NCBI GenBank assembly: GCA_963676795.2
Contig: CAXXTB010000001.1
Span: forward strand, 1,248,001-1,312,000
Origin: Geopsychrobacteraceae bacterium
GTDB lineage: Bacteria; Desulfobacterota; Desulfuromonadia; Desulfuromonadales; Geopsychrobacteraceae
Length of the DNA: 64,000 nucleotides
Reading direction: 5' to 3'
Shown: positions 19,741-30,008 of the stretch, one piece after another
Position numbering within the stretch: position 1 is the stretch's first letter
Layout of the letters: each line of letters opens with the position of its first letter
Program-made: the position numbers and the translations under genes
Notes under the pieces: generated by a model
The model's input: only the letters and a program-made list of their open reading frames with translations
Databases searched by the model: none
What the model was told of the DNA's origin: nothing

Positions 19741-20556
19741 TTACGAGTCTTCCCAGCTCAGTTCATCAACGTAATGTTTACCCACAATTTCCAGTAACCC
19801 CTCATGAACCTGCGGAAATCCGCAGATCAGGACCCTGTCCCGATAGGGAGAGTAGTTTTCGCCCTTCTGATTGGTCATGACACAGCCGATCTCCTCAAGA
19901 AACAGCAGCGCGGCAGCGACATCGTAGGGCTGCAGGTCGCTCTCCCAGAATCCCTGGAGGAAGCCGGCGGCGACATAGCTGAGGTCGATGGCCGCGGCAC
20001 CGAAGCGACGCATGTCGCGGCATTGGCCGAGCAGGTCTTCGGCGCAGGCGAAGAAGGGCTTGATCAGGTCGGGGGAGCGGAACGGAAAACCGGTGCCGAT
20101 CAGTGCCTGGCCAAGAGCGCCCTGGAAGCTTTGGGTCAGCGGCTTGCCGTTACGAAAGACGCCTTTGCCGCGCAGGGCGCTGAAACATTCGCTTGAGGCC
20201 GGACGCAGGATGACGCCGAGCATGATCCGGCCGTCCTGCTCCAGGGCGACCGAAATGCAGAACTGATCGAGACCGCTTAAGAAGTTGGTCGTTCCGTCGA
20301 GGGGGTCGACGATCCAGCGCAGACTTTCAGAGCCACTGGTGCCGGTCTCTTCGCCGAAAAATCCCGCAGTGGGGAGCAGCGCGCTCAGCCCTTCATGGAG
20401 CATCTTTTCCGAGGTGACGTCGACCTCGGAGACGAATTCGCGGGCCAGTTTCTCTTCGCCGCTGCCGGGTGGCAGGCTGCGGAATTTGGAGAGTTGGTAA
20501 GCACCGACCTTGCGGGTCAGTTCAATAACAGTATCAAGCAGTTTCTGGTCGTGCAT
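19741..20556 (-). CDS. Inositol monophosphatase family protein (SuhB-like)
   Basis: GEE, WIVDPLDGTTNF, RRFGAAA, PYDVAA. Confidence 0.92.
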   Translation of the reverse strand: MHDQKLLDTVIELTRKVGAYQLSKFRSLPPGSGEEKLAREFVSEVDVTSEKMLHEGLSALLPTAGFFGEETGTSGSESLRWIVDPLDGTTNFLSGLDQFCISVALEQDGRIMLGVILRPASSECFSALRGKGVFRNGKPLTQSFQGALGQALIGTGFPFRSPDLIKPFFACAEDLLGQCRDMRRFGAAAIDLSYVAAGFLQGFWESDLQPYDVAAALLFLEEIGCVMTNQKGENYSPYRDRVLICGFPQVHEGLLEIVGKHYVDELSWEDS

Positions 20557-20557
20557 T

Positions 20558-21691
20558 TCAGATCTTTCGTTCTTTCCGGGTGAAATAGCGGTTGTAGGGG
20601 TTGATGATCTGTCGATACTGGCGGATCTCTGTGAAGAAAATATTAATGATACTGAAAATCGGCACGCCGATGATCATGCCGAGTACGCCATAGAGCTTGC
20701 CGCCCATGACGATCGCCAGGATCACCCAGATCGGGTGCAGGTTCGAGACCCTGGAGATCAGGACCGGAATCAGGATGAAGTTGTCGACGATAATCTGGGC
20801 GATCAACAGGTAGACACAGAGGATCCACCAGAACTGGCCGCCGATCCCAAGGTCGACCATGGCGATGATCAGCCCCGGTAGCATGCCGATAATCGGTCCG
20901 ATGTAGGGGACCAGATTGGTCACCCCGGCGACGATGGCCAGCAGCGGGACATAGCGCAGATCGGTCAACGACAGGCCGACCCAGACCACCAGACCGACGA
21001 TCATGGCTTCGATGATCCGGCCACGGATAAAGTGGGTCAGCTGCCAGCTGATGTGCGAATAGATGTCGAGAACGATTTCAAAATAGCGGTTCGGCGCCAG
21101 GCCGATCAGGCTCTTCATGATCCGCCGGCTGTCGCGCAGGAAGAAGAAGGAAAAGAGCGGGACCAGGATCAGCATGCTGCCGATGCGCAGCGCCGAACGC
21201 GGGGTACTGAGCAGGATCGAACCGACGTAGTTCTGGGCCCAGTGGTGCAGTTCGTTGGCAATGTCGTAATTTTTTATGATCGGAAAATGATTCTGGGAAA
21301 CCAGCAGCAGATTGTTAAGGTAATCGATGGCGTGGCCGATATAGCGCGGGAAGTCGCCACGCAGCGCGTTGAACATCCCTTTCCAGTGCTGTGGGCTGAT
21401 CAGCGAGAAAAGAATCGCCACGACGACCGAGACCAGGACATAGACGATGAAGATGCTGATGGTCCGGTTGATGAAGCGCCCTTCAAAAAAGCTGACCAGC
21501 GGCTCGAGCAGGAAGGAAACGATGAGTGCCAGCAGGATCGGCAGAAACAGGCCGGATGTCGCTGCTTTGAGCAGGGCCGTGAAAGAGGTGGCCGAGGAGT
21601 AGATGAAGATCCCCGAGGCGATAGCCGTCGTCAACACCAGGTAGAGGACAGCGGTCTGGGCACGGTTGAAGTTGTTTCCTGACTCAGTCAT
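20558..21691 (-). CDS. AI-2E (PerM) family transporter
   Basis: Multi-TM, LVPYIGP, LHP, G..YGVLGMIIGVP; start 21691 or 21700. Confidence 0.88.
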   Translation of the reverse strand: MTESGNNFNRAQTAVLYLVLTTAIASGIFIYSSATSFTALLKAATSGLFLPILLALIVSFLLEPLVSFFEGRFINRTISIFIVYVLVSVVVAILFSLISPQHWKGMFNALRGDFPRYIGHAIDYLNNLLLVSQNHFPIIKNYDIANELHHWAQNYVGSILLSTPRSALRIGSMLILVPLFSFFFLRDSRRIMKSLIGLAPNRYFEIVLDIYSHISWQLTHFIRGRIIEAMIVGLVVWVGLSLTDLRYVPLLAIVAGVTNLVPYIGPIIGMLPGLIIAMVDLGIGGQFWWILCVYLLIAQIIVDNFILIPVLISRVSNLHPIWVILAIVMGGKLYGVLGMIIGVPIFSIINIFFTEIRQYRQIINPYNRYFTRKERKI

Positions 21692-22217
21692 GGCGGGCAC
21701 TTTCCAGGGCTCTGTTCAGCTGCTTGCGGGTTTCTTCAAGCTGCTGGTTGCAGTGCAGCAGGCGATCGCCGATGATCCGGTTGAGTCCAAGCAGGATCCT
21801 GGCCATCGACTGGGGGTGTTGTTTGACGGCAGCGATCATGTCGGAACGGAACAGGCCAACCAGCACCGTGGGCTCAAGCGCTTTTGCCGAGGCGCTGCGC
21901 GCGCGTGACGCCGTCAGGGCGATCTCGCCGAAGAAGTCCCCCTGTTCCAGTAACGCCAGAGAGTGTTCATGGTCAAGATCGTCGTTGGTAAAGATCTGGA
22001 CTTTGCCGGTGCGGATGATATACATCCCGGTGCCGAGGTCGCCCTGGCCGAAGATCGCTTCGTCGGCCTGGTAGGTACGGATATGCACCAGGCTCTCCAG
22101 GCACTTCAGGTCGCGGCGGTCAAGCTTGACGAAAAAGGGGAGGGTGCTCAAAAAATAGCGAAGACTGTCTTCTGAACCGCGTCTGCGGAAAATGTTGTGC
22201 CAGACTGGATTGATCAT
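21684..22217 (-). CDS. Stand-alone cyclic-nucleotide-binding domain protein
   Basis: IFGQGDLG..MYII..GKV, FFGEIAL....RSASA phosphate-binding cassette; no HTH seen. Confidence 0.88.
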   Translation of the reverse strand: MINPVWHNIFRRRGSEDSLRYFLSTLPFFVKLDRRDLKCLESLVHIRTYQADEAIFGQGDLGTGMYIIRTGKVQIFTNDDLDHEHSLALLEQGDFFGEIALTASRARSASAKALEPTVLVGLFRSDMIAAVKQHPQSMARILLGLNRIIGDRLLHCNQQLEETRKQLNRALESARHD

Positions 22218-22354
22218 GAAGCCCTCAGGGGTCTGAAAGAGGTCAATGCGGCGGCTGTTCTTTTGCAACATTATACCTATAAGTTCACCCAGTTCCAGAA
22301 AAAAGCCGGAATCGTTCAGCGGTACTTTATCTTGTGCTCGGGAATGCTTATGCT

Positions 22355-24190
22355 ATGGCCATGATAGAGATCGATTTACAGAAATACCCGCTGCTCCCCG
22401 GTGTCTACCAGATGTACAGCGCCGAAGGAGAGGTCCTTTACGTCGGCAAGGCCAAGCAGCTGCGCAACCGCCTGCGCAGTTACTTTTCACCAGGCGGTGA
22501 CGGGCGCCTGCATATTCCGTTGCTGATGGAAAAGGTCGAGCGGATCGAGGTGATCGTCACCGACACCGAAAAGGAAGCGCTGCTGCTTGAGAATACTCTG
22601 ATCAAGAAGTACCGGCCGCGTTACAATATCGAACTGCGTGACGATAAAACCTACGTCTCGGTGCGTATCGACCTGAATGATCCTTTTCCGATGATGCAGG
22701 TCGTCCGCCAGGTCAAGGATGACGGCGCTGAGTATTTCGGTCCCTATTCTTCAGCCTCGGCAATCCGTGAGACGCTCAAGGAGATCTACCGGATCTTTCC
22801 CCTGCGCCATGCCTCACAGGAGCGCTGCGCCAAACGCGGCCGTCCCTGCCTTTTTCACCAGATCGGCCAGTGCAGTGCCCCCTGTCACGGCAAGATCAAC
22901 CGCAGTGAATACCGCAAACTGGTCGACGGCGTTATCCAGCTGCTCGAAGGGCGTGAGTCGGAGGTGATCAAACGTCTCAAGGCGAGAATGGACAAGGCCT
23001 CGGAACTGATGAACTTTGAGGAGGCTGCACGTTTGCGGGATCAGATCCGTTCCATCGAAAAGAGCGTCGAAAAACAGAAGGTCACAGATTTTGGCGGTGG
23101 TAACCAGGATGTGATCGGTCTGCACGAGGATGGCGGTGAGGTTGAGATCGCCCTGTTGTTCATCCGCCAGGGGAAGCTGATTGGCCGGCGCACCTTTCTC
23201 CAGGAATGGAAGCTTGATCTGCCGGAACTGCTTAGCGGTTTTCTCCAGGAATACTATGCCGGTGAGGTCGTGCTGCCCGATCAGGTGCTGCTCCCCTTCG
23301 ATTTCGAAAGCTCCGAGCTGCTTGCCGAGTGGTTGAGTGACAAGCGCGGCCGTAAGGTGCGCCTGCAGGTGCCGCAGCGCGGTGAGAAAAAGCGGCTCTG
23401 CGATCTGGCCCAGCGCAACGCCAGCGAGGCCTACAAACAGCGGGGCAAGCGTCAGCAGGCGCGCGATGAACTGCTGGCCGAATTGCAGAGTAAATTCGAT
23501 CTGGCGCAATTGCCGCAGCGGATCGAATGTTTCGATATCTCCAACGTCCAGGGCAATCAGTCGGTCGGCAGCATGGCGGTGCTGCTTGGCGGCGAGGCGG
23601 CTCCGGCCGAGTACCGGCGCTTTCGCATCAAGACGGTGGTCGGTGCCGATGATTACGCCTCTTTGACCGAGGTGGTCAGCCGCAGGCTGGAGCGCGGTCT
23701 TGCCGAAGAGAACCTGCCCGACATGATCCTGATCGACGGCGGCAAGGGGCAGCTCGGTGTTTTGACTGAGGTGCTGGAAAAATACGCCCTGAGCGGCAGG
23801 ATCGGCGCGGTCGGCATCGCCAAGAGCCGGGTCTTTGCCAATGTGCGCGGCAAGGCGGTCGAGCGCAGCGAAGAGCGCTTCTTTCTTCCCGGGCGCAAGA
23901 ACCCGGTCAATTTCCGCAGTGGTTCAGCGGCTCTCTTCCTGCTCGAACGGCTGCGTGACGAAGCCCACCGTTTCGCCATCACCTATCATCGTAAACTGCG
24001 CGGTAAACAGCAGCTGCGCTCATCCCTCGAGGATATTCCCGGGGTCGGGCCTGCGAGGCGCAAGGCCCTGCTCAAGCATTTCGGCAGTCTGAAGAAGATT
24101 CGCGAGGCCAGTCGTGAAGAGTTACAGCAGATGCCGGGACTGCCGGCGGAGCTGGCGGAGCGGGTCTATTTGACCTTTCACTCTGAATAA
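22355..24190 (+). CDS. uvrC: Excinuclease ABC subunit C
   Basis: GIY-YIG (PGVY..YVGKAK.LR.R..SYF), UVR, ECFDIS, IDGGKGQ, RDEAHRFA, HhH. Confidence 0.97.
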   Translation: MAMIEIDLQKYPLLPGVYQMYSAEGEVLYVGKAKQLRNRLRSYFSPGGDGRLHIPLLMEKVERIEVIVTDTEKEALLLENTLIKKYRPRYNIELRDDKTYVSVRIDLNDPFPMMQVVRQVKDDGAEYFGPYSSASAIRETLKEIYRIFPLRHASQERCAKRGRPCLFHQIGQCSAPCHGKINRSEYRKLVDGVIQLLEGRESEVIKRLKARMDKASELMNFEEAARLRDQIRSIEKSVEKQKVTDFGGGNQDVIGLHEDGGEVEIALLFIRQGKLIGRRTFLQEWKLDLPELLSGFLQEYYAGEVVLPDQVLLPFDFESSELLAEWLSDKRGRKVRLQVPQRGEKKRLCDLAQRNASEAYKQRGKRQQARDELLAELQSKFDLAQLPQRIECFDISNVQGNQSVGSMAVLLGGEAAPAEYRRFRIKTVVGADDYASLTEVVSRRLERGLAEENLPDMILIDGGKGQLGVLTEVLEKYALSGRIGAVGIAKSRVFANVRGKAVERSEERFFLPGRKNPVNFRSGSAALFLLERLRDEAHRFAITYHRKLRGKQQLRSSLEDIPGVGPARRKALLKHFGSLKKIREASREELQQMPGLPAELAERVYLTFHSE

Positions 24191-24227
24191 CAAATCTGCA
24201 TCGCGGTTCTATTTTGATCCATAAACA

Positions 24228-24259
24228 ACAAGCCCCGGAGTCTGAACTCCGGGGCTTGT
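24228..24259. terminator. Hairpin terminator between convergent uvrC and lipoprotein gene
   Basis: ACAAGCCCCGGAG-TCTGAA-CTCCGGGGCTTGT. Confidence 0.8.
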
Positions 24260-24295
24260 CTTTAGAAGGTCTTTGGGGCTTGGTCCGCTCAGCTA

Positions 24296-25090
24296 TTATT
24301 CAGCCGTAACCTCGGCCCCTTCGACGATCAGGGCATATTTGTAGCCGAAGCCGAAATCCTTGTCAGCGGTCAGCTGCCCTTTGATGATGACCATATCGCC
24401 GACCTTGACCTGGGTGTTACTGGTGACGGTCAGATCGTTGTTTGCGCCTTCCGCAGAGCCGCTGCCGTCCTGGATGTGCAGCCAGTTGGTGCCCATGATC
24501 TGCGGGCTGAATTTGACCACCTTGCCGCGTACGGTGACGTTGTTACCGGCGTACTGCTCTTTCTGGCTGTAGATCTCTGCGATGGTCTGGCCGCCGTCAG
24601 CTTTGACGATATTGCTCAGGTCAAATTGAGGTGCGGTCTGTCCGTTCAGGGGCGGGTGCCCAGGGGGGAGCTGGACAGTTGCGCTGTCTGCCGATTCATC
24701 AGCCGGGTTGCTGGCATTGAGTACAGCTTCGACGAAATAGACCACAGGGAAATCCCGGTTGAGGCTCTGGCTGTGGTAGTTGGTCATCGCCATTCCTGAG
24801 GGAATGATAACGTTGTCCCCCGTATTGACACTGAACTGCGGGGCCGCCGCCCAGATTTTTTCGCTGCCGGTATCAATCTGTACATAGGTGTAGCCAGCTG
24901 CATCCATGGTTTCGCTGACAGTTCCGGAGGCCCCGTTAAAACCGCCGGAATTGCTGGCCGGTCTCTGGACAGGGGGCACTTCGGTTGCTGTCTGTTGGAC
25001 CTCGGCTCGGGTTTCTTTGTCTTTGCAGGCGGAAAGCAGTGCGACGGAACAAAGAAGCATTGTGATCACTACAGTGTTTTTCACGTTCAA
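24296..25090 (-). CDS. Lipoprotein with two OB-fold-like domains (NrfJ-related)
   Basis: Lipobox LLSAC; ETMDAAGYTYV..W.A; LPPGHPP; IMGTNWLHIQDG; DKDFG.GY.Y. Confidence 0.72.
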   Translation of the reverse strand: MNVKNTVVITMLLCSVALLSACKDKETRAEVQQTATEVPPVQRPASNSGGFNGASGTVSETMDAAGYTYVQIDTGSEKIWAAAPQFSVNTGDNVIIPSGMAMTNYHSQSLNRDFPVVYFVEAVLNASNPADESADSATVQLPPGHPPLNGQTAPQFDLSNIVKADGGQTIAEIYSQKEQYAGNNVTVRGKVVKFSPQIMGTNWLHIQDGSGSAEGANNDLTVTSNTQVKVGDMVIIKGQLTADKDFGFGYKYALIVEGAEVTAE

Positions 25091-25190
25091 CCTCAGCTCA
25101 AAAGGGTGATTACTATATTTTGTTTGTTACGAGTCAGGATAGCATATGGTGTGAAAATCTCACAAGCCATCAGCAATGTAACTTACATTT

Positions 25191-26681
25191 CTACAGATTG
25201 CGGTTGAACAGTGCCGACAGGTGGGCGAGACGCTCCGCCAGCTCCGGCGTCATGGCTTCCGGCAGCGCTCTCCAGCGCCAGTTGTTGAAAGCTGTGCCCG
25301 GTGTATTCATTCTCGAAGCCTCTCCGAGTGACAGGATGTCCTGCAACGGGATGACGGCCATTTTGCAGACACTGGCAAAGGCTGTTTCGATAAAAGGCCA
25401 GGGCATGTCGTGGCAGGGGCGCATCAGATAGTTTCTGATTCTTTGGCGGGCCGGATCGTCCAGCTTGTTCCACCAGCCGAGCGTTGTGTCGTTGTCGTGG
25501 GTGCCGGTGTAGATGACCGCGTTCGGGATATGCTGGTGCGGCAGGTAGGGGTTGTCCGCTCCCGAATCGAAGGCGAACTGGAGGATCTTCATGCCGGGCA
25601 GCTGCAGGCCGTCCCTTAAGCTTTCGACGTCGGGAGTAATGATGCCGAGGTCCTCGGCAATGACCGGCAGCAGGGCGAAGTCCTTTTTCAGACATTCGAA
25701 AAGCGCGGTGCCGGGAACCTCCATCCAGTAACCGTTGACCGCAGTTTCCTCGCTGGCAGCGATTGCCCAGCATGCAGCAAAGCCGCGGAAATGATCGACC
25801 CGGACGATATCGAACAGTTCCAGGTTCCACTTGAAGCGCTGCCGCCACCAGCTGAAATCATCCTCGGCCATTCTGTCCCAGCGGTAGAGCGGGTTGCCCC
25901 AGCGTTGTCCGGTACTGCTGAAGTAGTCGGGAGGGACCCCGGCAATCAGGGTCGGCCGGGAGTTTTCGTCGAGGTGGTAATATTCCTTGTTGGCCCAGAC
26001 ATCGGACGAATTTTCAGCAACAAAGATCGGCAGGTCGCCGAAGATCAGAATCCCCTTCTGGTTGGCGTAGGACTTCAGGGCCCGCCACTGCTCAAAGAAG
26101 ACGAACTGCAGATAGCAGTGCCAGTCGATTCTTTCGCTGTGCTCTTTCTTAAAGGCGGCCAGGGTCGCTGCGTTTCCGAGGAGGCGTAATTCGGCGGGCC
26201 AGTTCTGCCAGTGCTCATCATGCTCACCACGGATCGTTTCAAACAGCACGTAGTCGGTCAGCCAGAAATCCTGCTGCTGGCAGAACTGCTGAAATCTCTG
26301 ACGCCGCTCTGCTGAGGCTGTCGCTCTGAAGTTTCTGAAGGCCAGTCCGAGAAGTTCGACGACCAACTCAGTCGCTGCCGGGTAGTCGGCCTCGGCGGAC
26401 TCGGTGACCGGAGCCGGAATATCCTCTGCCTTCAGGTCACCGGTCAGGGCCAGTTGGCGCAGGTCGATGAGCTGGGGATTGCCGGCAAAGGCTGAGAAAC
26501 AACTGTAGGGGCAATCGCCGTAGCCGGTCGGTCCGAGTGGCAGGATCTGCCAGACCGTCTGGCGGGCGGCGACGAGGAAATCGACAAAGGCATAGGCTTC
26601 CTGACCCAGACTGCCGACGGGCTGAGGCCCGGGCAAGGACGTTGGGTGAAGCAGAATTCCGCTACGACGTTGTTTCAGCAT
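25191..26681 (-). CDS. malQ: 4-alpha-glucanotransferase (GH77 amylomaltase)
   Basis: GILLHPTSLP, GVPPDYFS.TGQRWGNP, RVDHFRGF, AEDLG, YTGTHDNDT. Confidence 0.96.
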   Translation of the reverse strand: MLKQRRSGILLHPTSLPGPQPVGSLGQEAYAFVDFLVAARQTVWQILPLGPTGYGDCPYSCFSAFAGNPQLIDLRQLALTGDLKAEDIPAPVTESAEADYPAATELVVELLGLAFRNFRATASAERRQRFQQFCQQQDFWLTDYVLFETIRGEHDEHWQNWPAELRLLGNAATLAAFKKEHSERIDWHCYLQFVFFEQWRALKSYANQKGILIFGDLPIFVAENSSDVWANKEYYHLDENSRPTLIAGVPPDYFSSTGQRWGNPLYRWDRMAEDDFSWWRQRFKWNLELFDIVRVDHFRGFAACWAIAASEETAVNGYWMEVPGTALFECLKKDFALLPVIAEDLGIITPDVESLRDGLQLPGMKILQFAFDSGADNPYLPHQHIPNAVIYTGTHDNDTTLGWWNKLDDPARQRIRNYLMRPCHDMPWPFIETAFASVCKMAVIPLQDILSLGEASRMNTPGTAFNNWRWRALPEAMTPELAERLAHLSALFNRNL

Positions 26682-26705
26682 GACACTCCGGATATAGACA
26701 GACGA

Positions 26706-27296
26706 TCAGGGACAGATGACCCGCGCGGCCTGGCACTGAACCTCGACCATTTCAAACATGTTGGTGACCCGGCCGATCTCAACCTGGTCTTTCTTATGAT
26801 AAAAATCGAGACAGAGACCACAGCTGGCGATATCAATCCCGCGCTCCTGGAGTTTTTTCAGGGTCTCCAGAACCTCGGAACCGGTTGTTGTCAGGTTGAT
26901 GCCGCTGTTGACAAAGAGAATGATAGCAGGCAACGGGTCCATCTCAAGCAGGGTCGCAAGAAAATTTCGCATTAAAACGTAGCCCAGATCGCCTTCCCCC
27001 TGGCCCATCTGGTCGCTGCCGCAGTAGATGATCGTCTTGCCTGCCGGAGATTCCGGGGCAACTGCTTGCGTCTTAGGGGCCTCACCGCTTGCTGAAAGGG
27101 TCAGCACAAAACCGCTTCCGGCTGCGGCAGCGGAAGCGCTGTAGCCCATCTTTTCGGCCAGGCGTGAGACATTGTCGCGTCCCGCCGCGTCTCCGACGCA
27201 GACCTCCAGGTCGACGCCCGGGTTGGCGAGCATCTGTTTGCGGGTTTCAACGACAGGGTAGGGGCACTGATGTTGGCTGTAATCAAGTTTTATCAT
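26706..27296 (-). CDS. yedF: Sulfurtransferase-like selenium metabolism protein YedF (TusA + DsrE-like)
   Basis: N-terminal CPYP motif; MG.G...LG..LM..F; SCGLCLD; IGRVTNM. Confidence 0.85.
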   Translation of the reverse strand: MIKLDYSQHQCPYPVVETRKQMLANPGVDLEVCVGDAAGRDNVSRLAEKMGYSASAAAAGSGFVLTLSASGEAPKTQAVAPESPAGKTIIYCGSDQMGQGEGDLGYVLMRNFLATLLEMDPLPAIILFVNSGINLTTTGSEVLETLKKLQERGIDIASCGLCLDFYHKKDQVEIGRVTNMFEMVEVQCQAARVICP

Positions 27297-27455
27297 CTGC
27301 AATCCTCGTCATGATTCGGGTTTTTGTCTCGCGCCCCAAGTCTAGTTGATGTCCGTTGTGAATACAAATATTTCGCCGTTTTCTATGAGGCGCTGTTCAC
27401 GGCTGTTTTGAGCCGCTGGAGCTTTGAGCCTCTTCCCCTTGTTTGTGTCCCCCTG

Positions 27456-27496
27456 TTGACAGCCTGGGCATTGTTCTGTAGATTGGTCGTACCAAT
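27456..27496 (+). promoter_or_regulatory. Sigma70 promoter with overlapping FadR-subfamily operator
   Basis: TTGACA(27456)-17 bp-TAGATT(27479); palindrome ATTGGT-CGT-ACCAAT at 27482-27496; weaker AGGT-AGT-ACCA near 27547. Confidence 0.78.
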
Positions 27497-27567
27497 AGGT
27501 GGATTTTGACGCGAATATACCGAATTTAGCTTATTTAACCAATATTAGGTAGTACCATTGGAGGCGT

Positions 27568-28317
27568 ATGACCGATTCGATTCTTTTTAGTCCTGTCCCT
27601 GTCGGACGTGCCGGTGAGGAAGTGGCCCTGCAGCTTGAAGCTGCAATCCTGAGCGAGAAGATCATGCCGGGAGAAAGTCTGCCGAGCGAAAGGGAACTGC
27701 AGGCCCAGTTTGGCACCGGGCGTGGTGTTATCAGGGAAGCGATACGGGCGCTGAAGCAGAAAGGCTTGATCGAGATCCGCAAAGGTGCCAAAGGGGGCGC
27801 CTATGTGAAGAAAATCGAGGTGGCCAATGTCAGTGAGTCACTCGGGCTGTTTCTCAAACAGAACCGGGTCGAGACCAGCGACCTTGCCGAATTCCGCGAG
27901 AGTATTGACCGCACCATCACCATGCTGGCTATTACCCGGGCAACCGCTGAGCAGAAGCAGAAACTGGTCGCTGCCACTGAAAAGTTGATGACGTTTCTCG
28001 AAGAGGCCGAGCCGGATCTGAACCGGCTGGGAGAACTCGACCGCGAACTGAATATCATGCTGGCGCGGATGACGGCGAACCCGATCTTTGAATGGATCAT
28101 GTGCGCCATGCAGCTGGGGTTCAGCTCGCATGACTATGCGCTCTACGAAGATGCCGAATTCCGCCGCAACACGATCATCAACTGGTGTACGACAGCGGGA
28201 CATATCGCCGCCGGGGATCTGCTCCAGGCTCTGTCGTCGATCGGAGCCCACTATATCCTGCTGCGTCAGTGTGTCGCCAAACGGCAGACCGCAGCGGTCA
28301 AGGATCAGGCTGTCTGA
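27568..28317 (+). CDS. GntR/FadR-family transcriptional regulator
   Basis: LPSERELQAQFGTGRGVIREA..L...GL wHTH plus FCD-like C-terminus. Confidence 0.92.
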   Translation: MTDSILFSPVPVGRAGEEVALQLEAAILSEKIMPGESLPSERELQAQFGTGRGVIREAIRALKQKGLIEIRKGAKGGAYVKKIEVANVSESLGLFLKQNRVETSDLAEFRESIDRTITMLAITRATAEQKQKLVAATEKLMTFLEEAEPDLNRLGELDRELNIMLARMTANPIFEWIMCAMQLGFSSHDYALYEDAEFRRNTIINWCTTAGHIAAGDLLQALSSIGAHYILLRQCVAKRQTAAVKDQAV

Positions 28318-28352
28318 ATTTTTAACAAGTGAAAGAAAGGTAACAAAGAACC

Positions 28353-30008
28353 ATGGCAAACCAGAATTACGATTACATCATAGTCGGCGGCGGTTCCGCC
28401 GGCAGCGTCCTGGCCAATCGCTTGAGCGCCAACCCGGAAAACCGGGTGTTGATCCTGGAAGCGGGCAAGCCGGATTACCGCTGGGATTTCCGCATCCATA
28501 TGCCGGCGGCGCTGACCTACCTGCTGACCAAGCCGACCTACAACTGGCTCTACGAGTCGGCTCCGGAACCGCAGATGCACAACCGGCGTATCGCTCAGCC
28601 GCGCGGCAAGGTCTTGGGCGGCTCTAGCTCCATCAACGGGATGATCTATATTCGCGGTAACGCCATGGATTACGAAAAATGGGCGACCAACGAAGGTTTG
28701 GAAAACTGGGACTACGCCCACTGCCTGCCTTACTTCCGCAAGTTCGAGACCCGGCTGATCGGTGCCGACGCTTACCATGGTTCCAACGGTCCCCTCTGCT
28801 TGACCACCCCGAAGTGTGACAATCCGCTCTTCGATGCTTTCTTCAAGGCCGCCGAGCAGGCTGGTTATCCGCTGACCGACGATGTCAACGGCTACCAGCA
28901 GGAAGGGATGGGCAAGTTCGACCAGAATATCTACCGCGGCCGCCGTCACAATGCCGCGCGCGCTTACATCCACCCGGTCAAGAACCGCTCCAACCTGACG
29001 GTCAAGACCCGGGCCCTGGCGACGCGCGTTCTTTTCGACGGCAAGAAGGCGATCGGTGTCGAGTATAAAAAGGGGAGCAGCATTCAGCGCGCCTACGCCG
29101 GCGAGGTGATCAGCTGCGGCGGGGCGATCAATTCGCCGCAACTGCTCCAGCTCTCAGGAGTCGGTAACGGCAACGAGCTGAGCCAGTTGGGGATCAATGT
29201 TGTCAACGATCTGCCGGGGGTCGGCGAAAACCTGCAGGATCACCTGGAGCTCTATGTTCAGTATGCCTGTAAGCAGCCGGTCAGCATGTACCCGGCGCTC
29301 AAGTGGTACAACCAGCCGAAGATCGGCTTCGACTGGCTGTTCCGCCGCACCGGTGCTGCTGCGACCAATCATTTCGAGGCGGGCGGTTTCATCCGCGGCA
29401 ACGAGCGGGTCGAGTATCCGAACCTGCAGTTCCACTTCCTGCCGATCGCAATCCGTTACGACGGCAGCGCCCCGGCTGCCGGTCACGGTTTCCAACTGCA
29501 TGTCGGACCGATGAATACCGATGTGCGTGGTCACATCAAGATCAAGTCGAACCAGCCGAATCGGTATCCGGAGATCTTCTTCAACTACCTCTCCACCGAG
29601 CAGGAACGCCGCGAGTGGGTCGAGGCGATCCGCTGTTCGCGTAATATCATCGGCCAGGCCGCCTTTGACGATCTGCGCGGTGAAGAGCTGGCGCCGGGCA
29701 GCGCGGCCCAGAGCGACGAGGAGATCCTTGATTTCGTCGCCCGCGAAGGGGAGAGCGCATACCATCCGAGCTGTACCTGCAAGATGGGCTACGACGACAT
29801 GGCGGTCGTCGATAGTCAGCTCAAGGTTCACGGCGTCGAAGGGCTGCGCGTTGTCGATGCCTCGATCTTCCCGTCGATCACCAACGGCAATATCTACGCA
29901 CCAACCATGATGGTTGGCGAGAAGGCCGCTGATATCATTCTTGGTAACACCCCGGAAGAGCCGTCAAGCGCACCGTTCTATCGTTGTCAGGAGGGGAGTG
30001 ATGCGTAA
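28353..30008 (+). CDS. betA: Choline dehydrogenase (GMC oxidoreductase)
   Basis: GGGSAG FAD motif, IHMPAAL, GGSSSINGM, ESAYHPSCTCKMG, ITNGN. Confidence 0.93.
   Translation: MANQNYDYIIVGGGSAGSVLANRLSANPENRVLILEAGKPDYRWDFRIHMPAALTYLLTKPTYNWLYESAPEPQMHNRRIAQPRGKVLGGSSSINGMIYIRGNAMDYEKWATNEGLENWDYAHCLPYFRKFETRLIGADAYHGSNGPLCLTTPKCDNPLFDAFFKAAEQAGYPLTDDVNGYQQEGMGKFDQNIYRGRRHNAARAYIHPVKNRSNLTVKTRALATRVLFDGKKAIGVEYKKGSSIQRAYAGEVISCGGAINSPQLLQLSGVGNGNELSQLGINVVNDLPGVGENLQDHLELYVQYACKQPVSMYPALKWYNQPKIGFDWLFRRTGAAATNHFEAGGFIRGNERVEYPNLQFHFLPIAIRYDGSAPAAGHGFQLHVGPMNTDVRGHIKIKSNQPNRYPEIFFNYLSTEQERREWVEAIRCSRNIIGQAAFDDLRGEELAPGSAAQSDEEILDFVAREGESAYHPSCTCKMGYDDMAVVDSQLKVHGVEGLRVVDASIFPSITNGNIYAPTMMVGEKAADIILGNTPEEPSSAPFYRCQEGSDA

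Noticed and set aside
26681..26708. yedF ends in TGA in frame with malQ 8 codons later (possible Sec/readthrough fusion)
   Set aside because: YedF appears complete at this point, malQ has its own GGAG RBS, and I see no convincing SECIS-like hairpin; most likely chance
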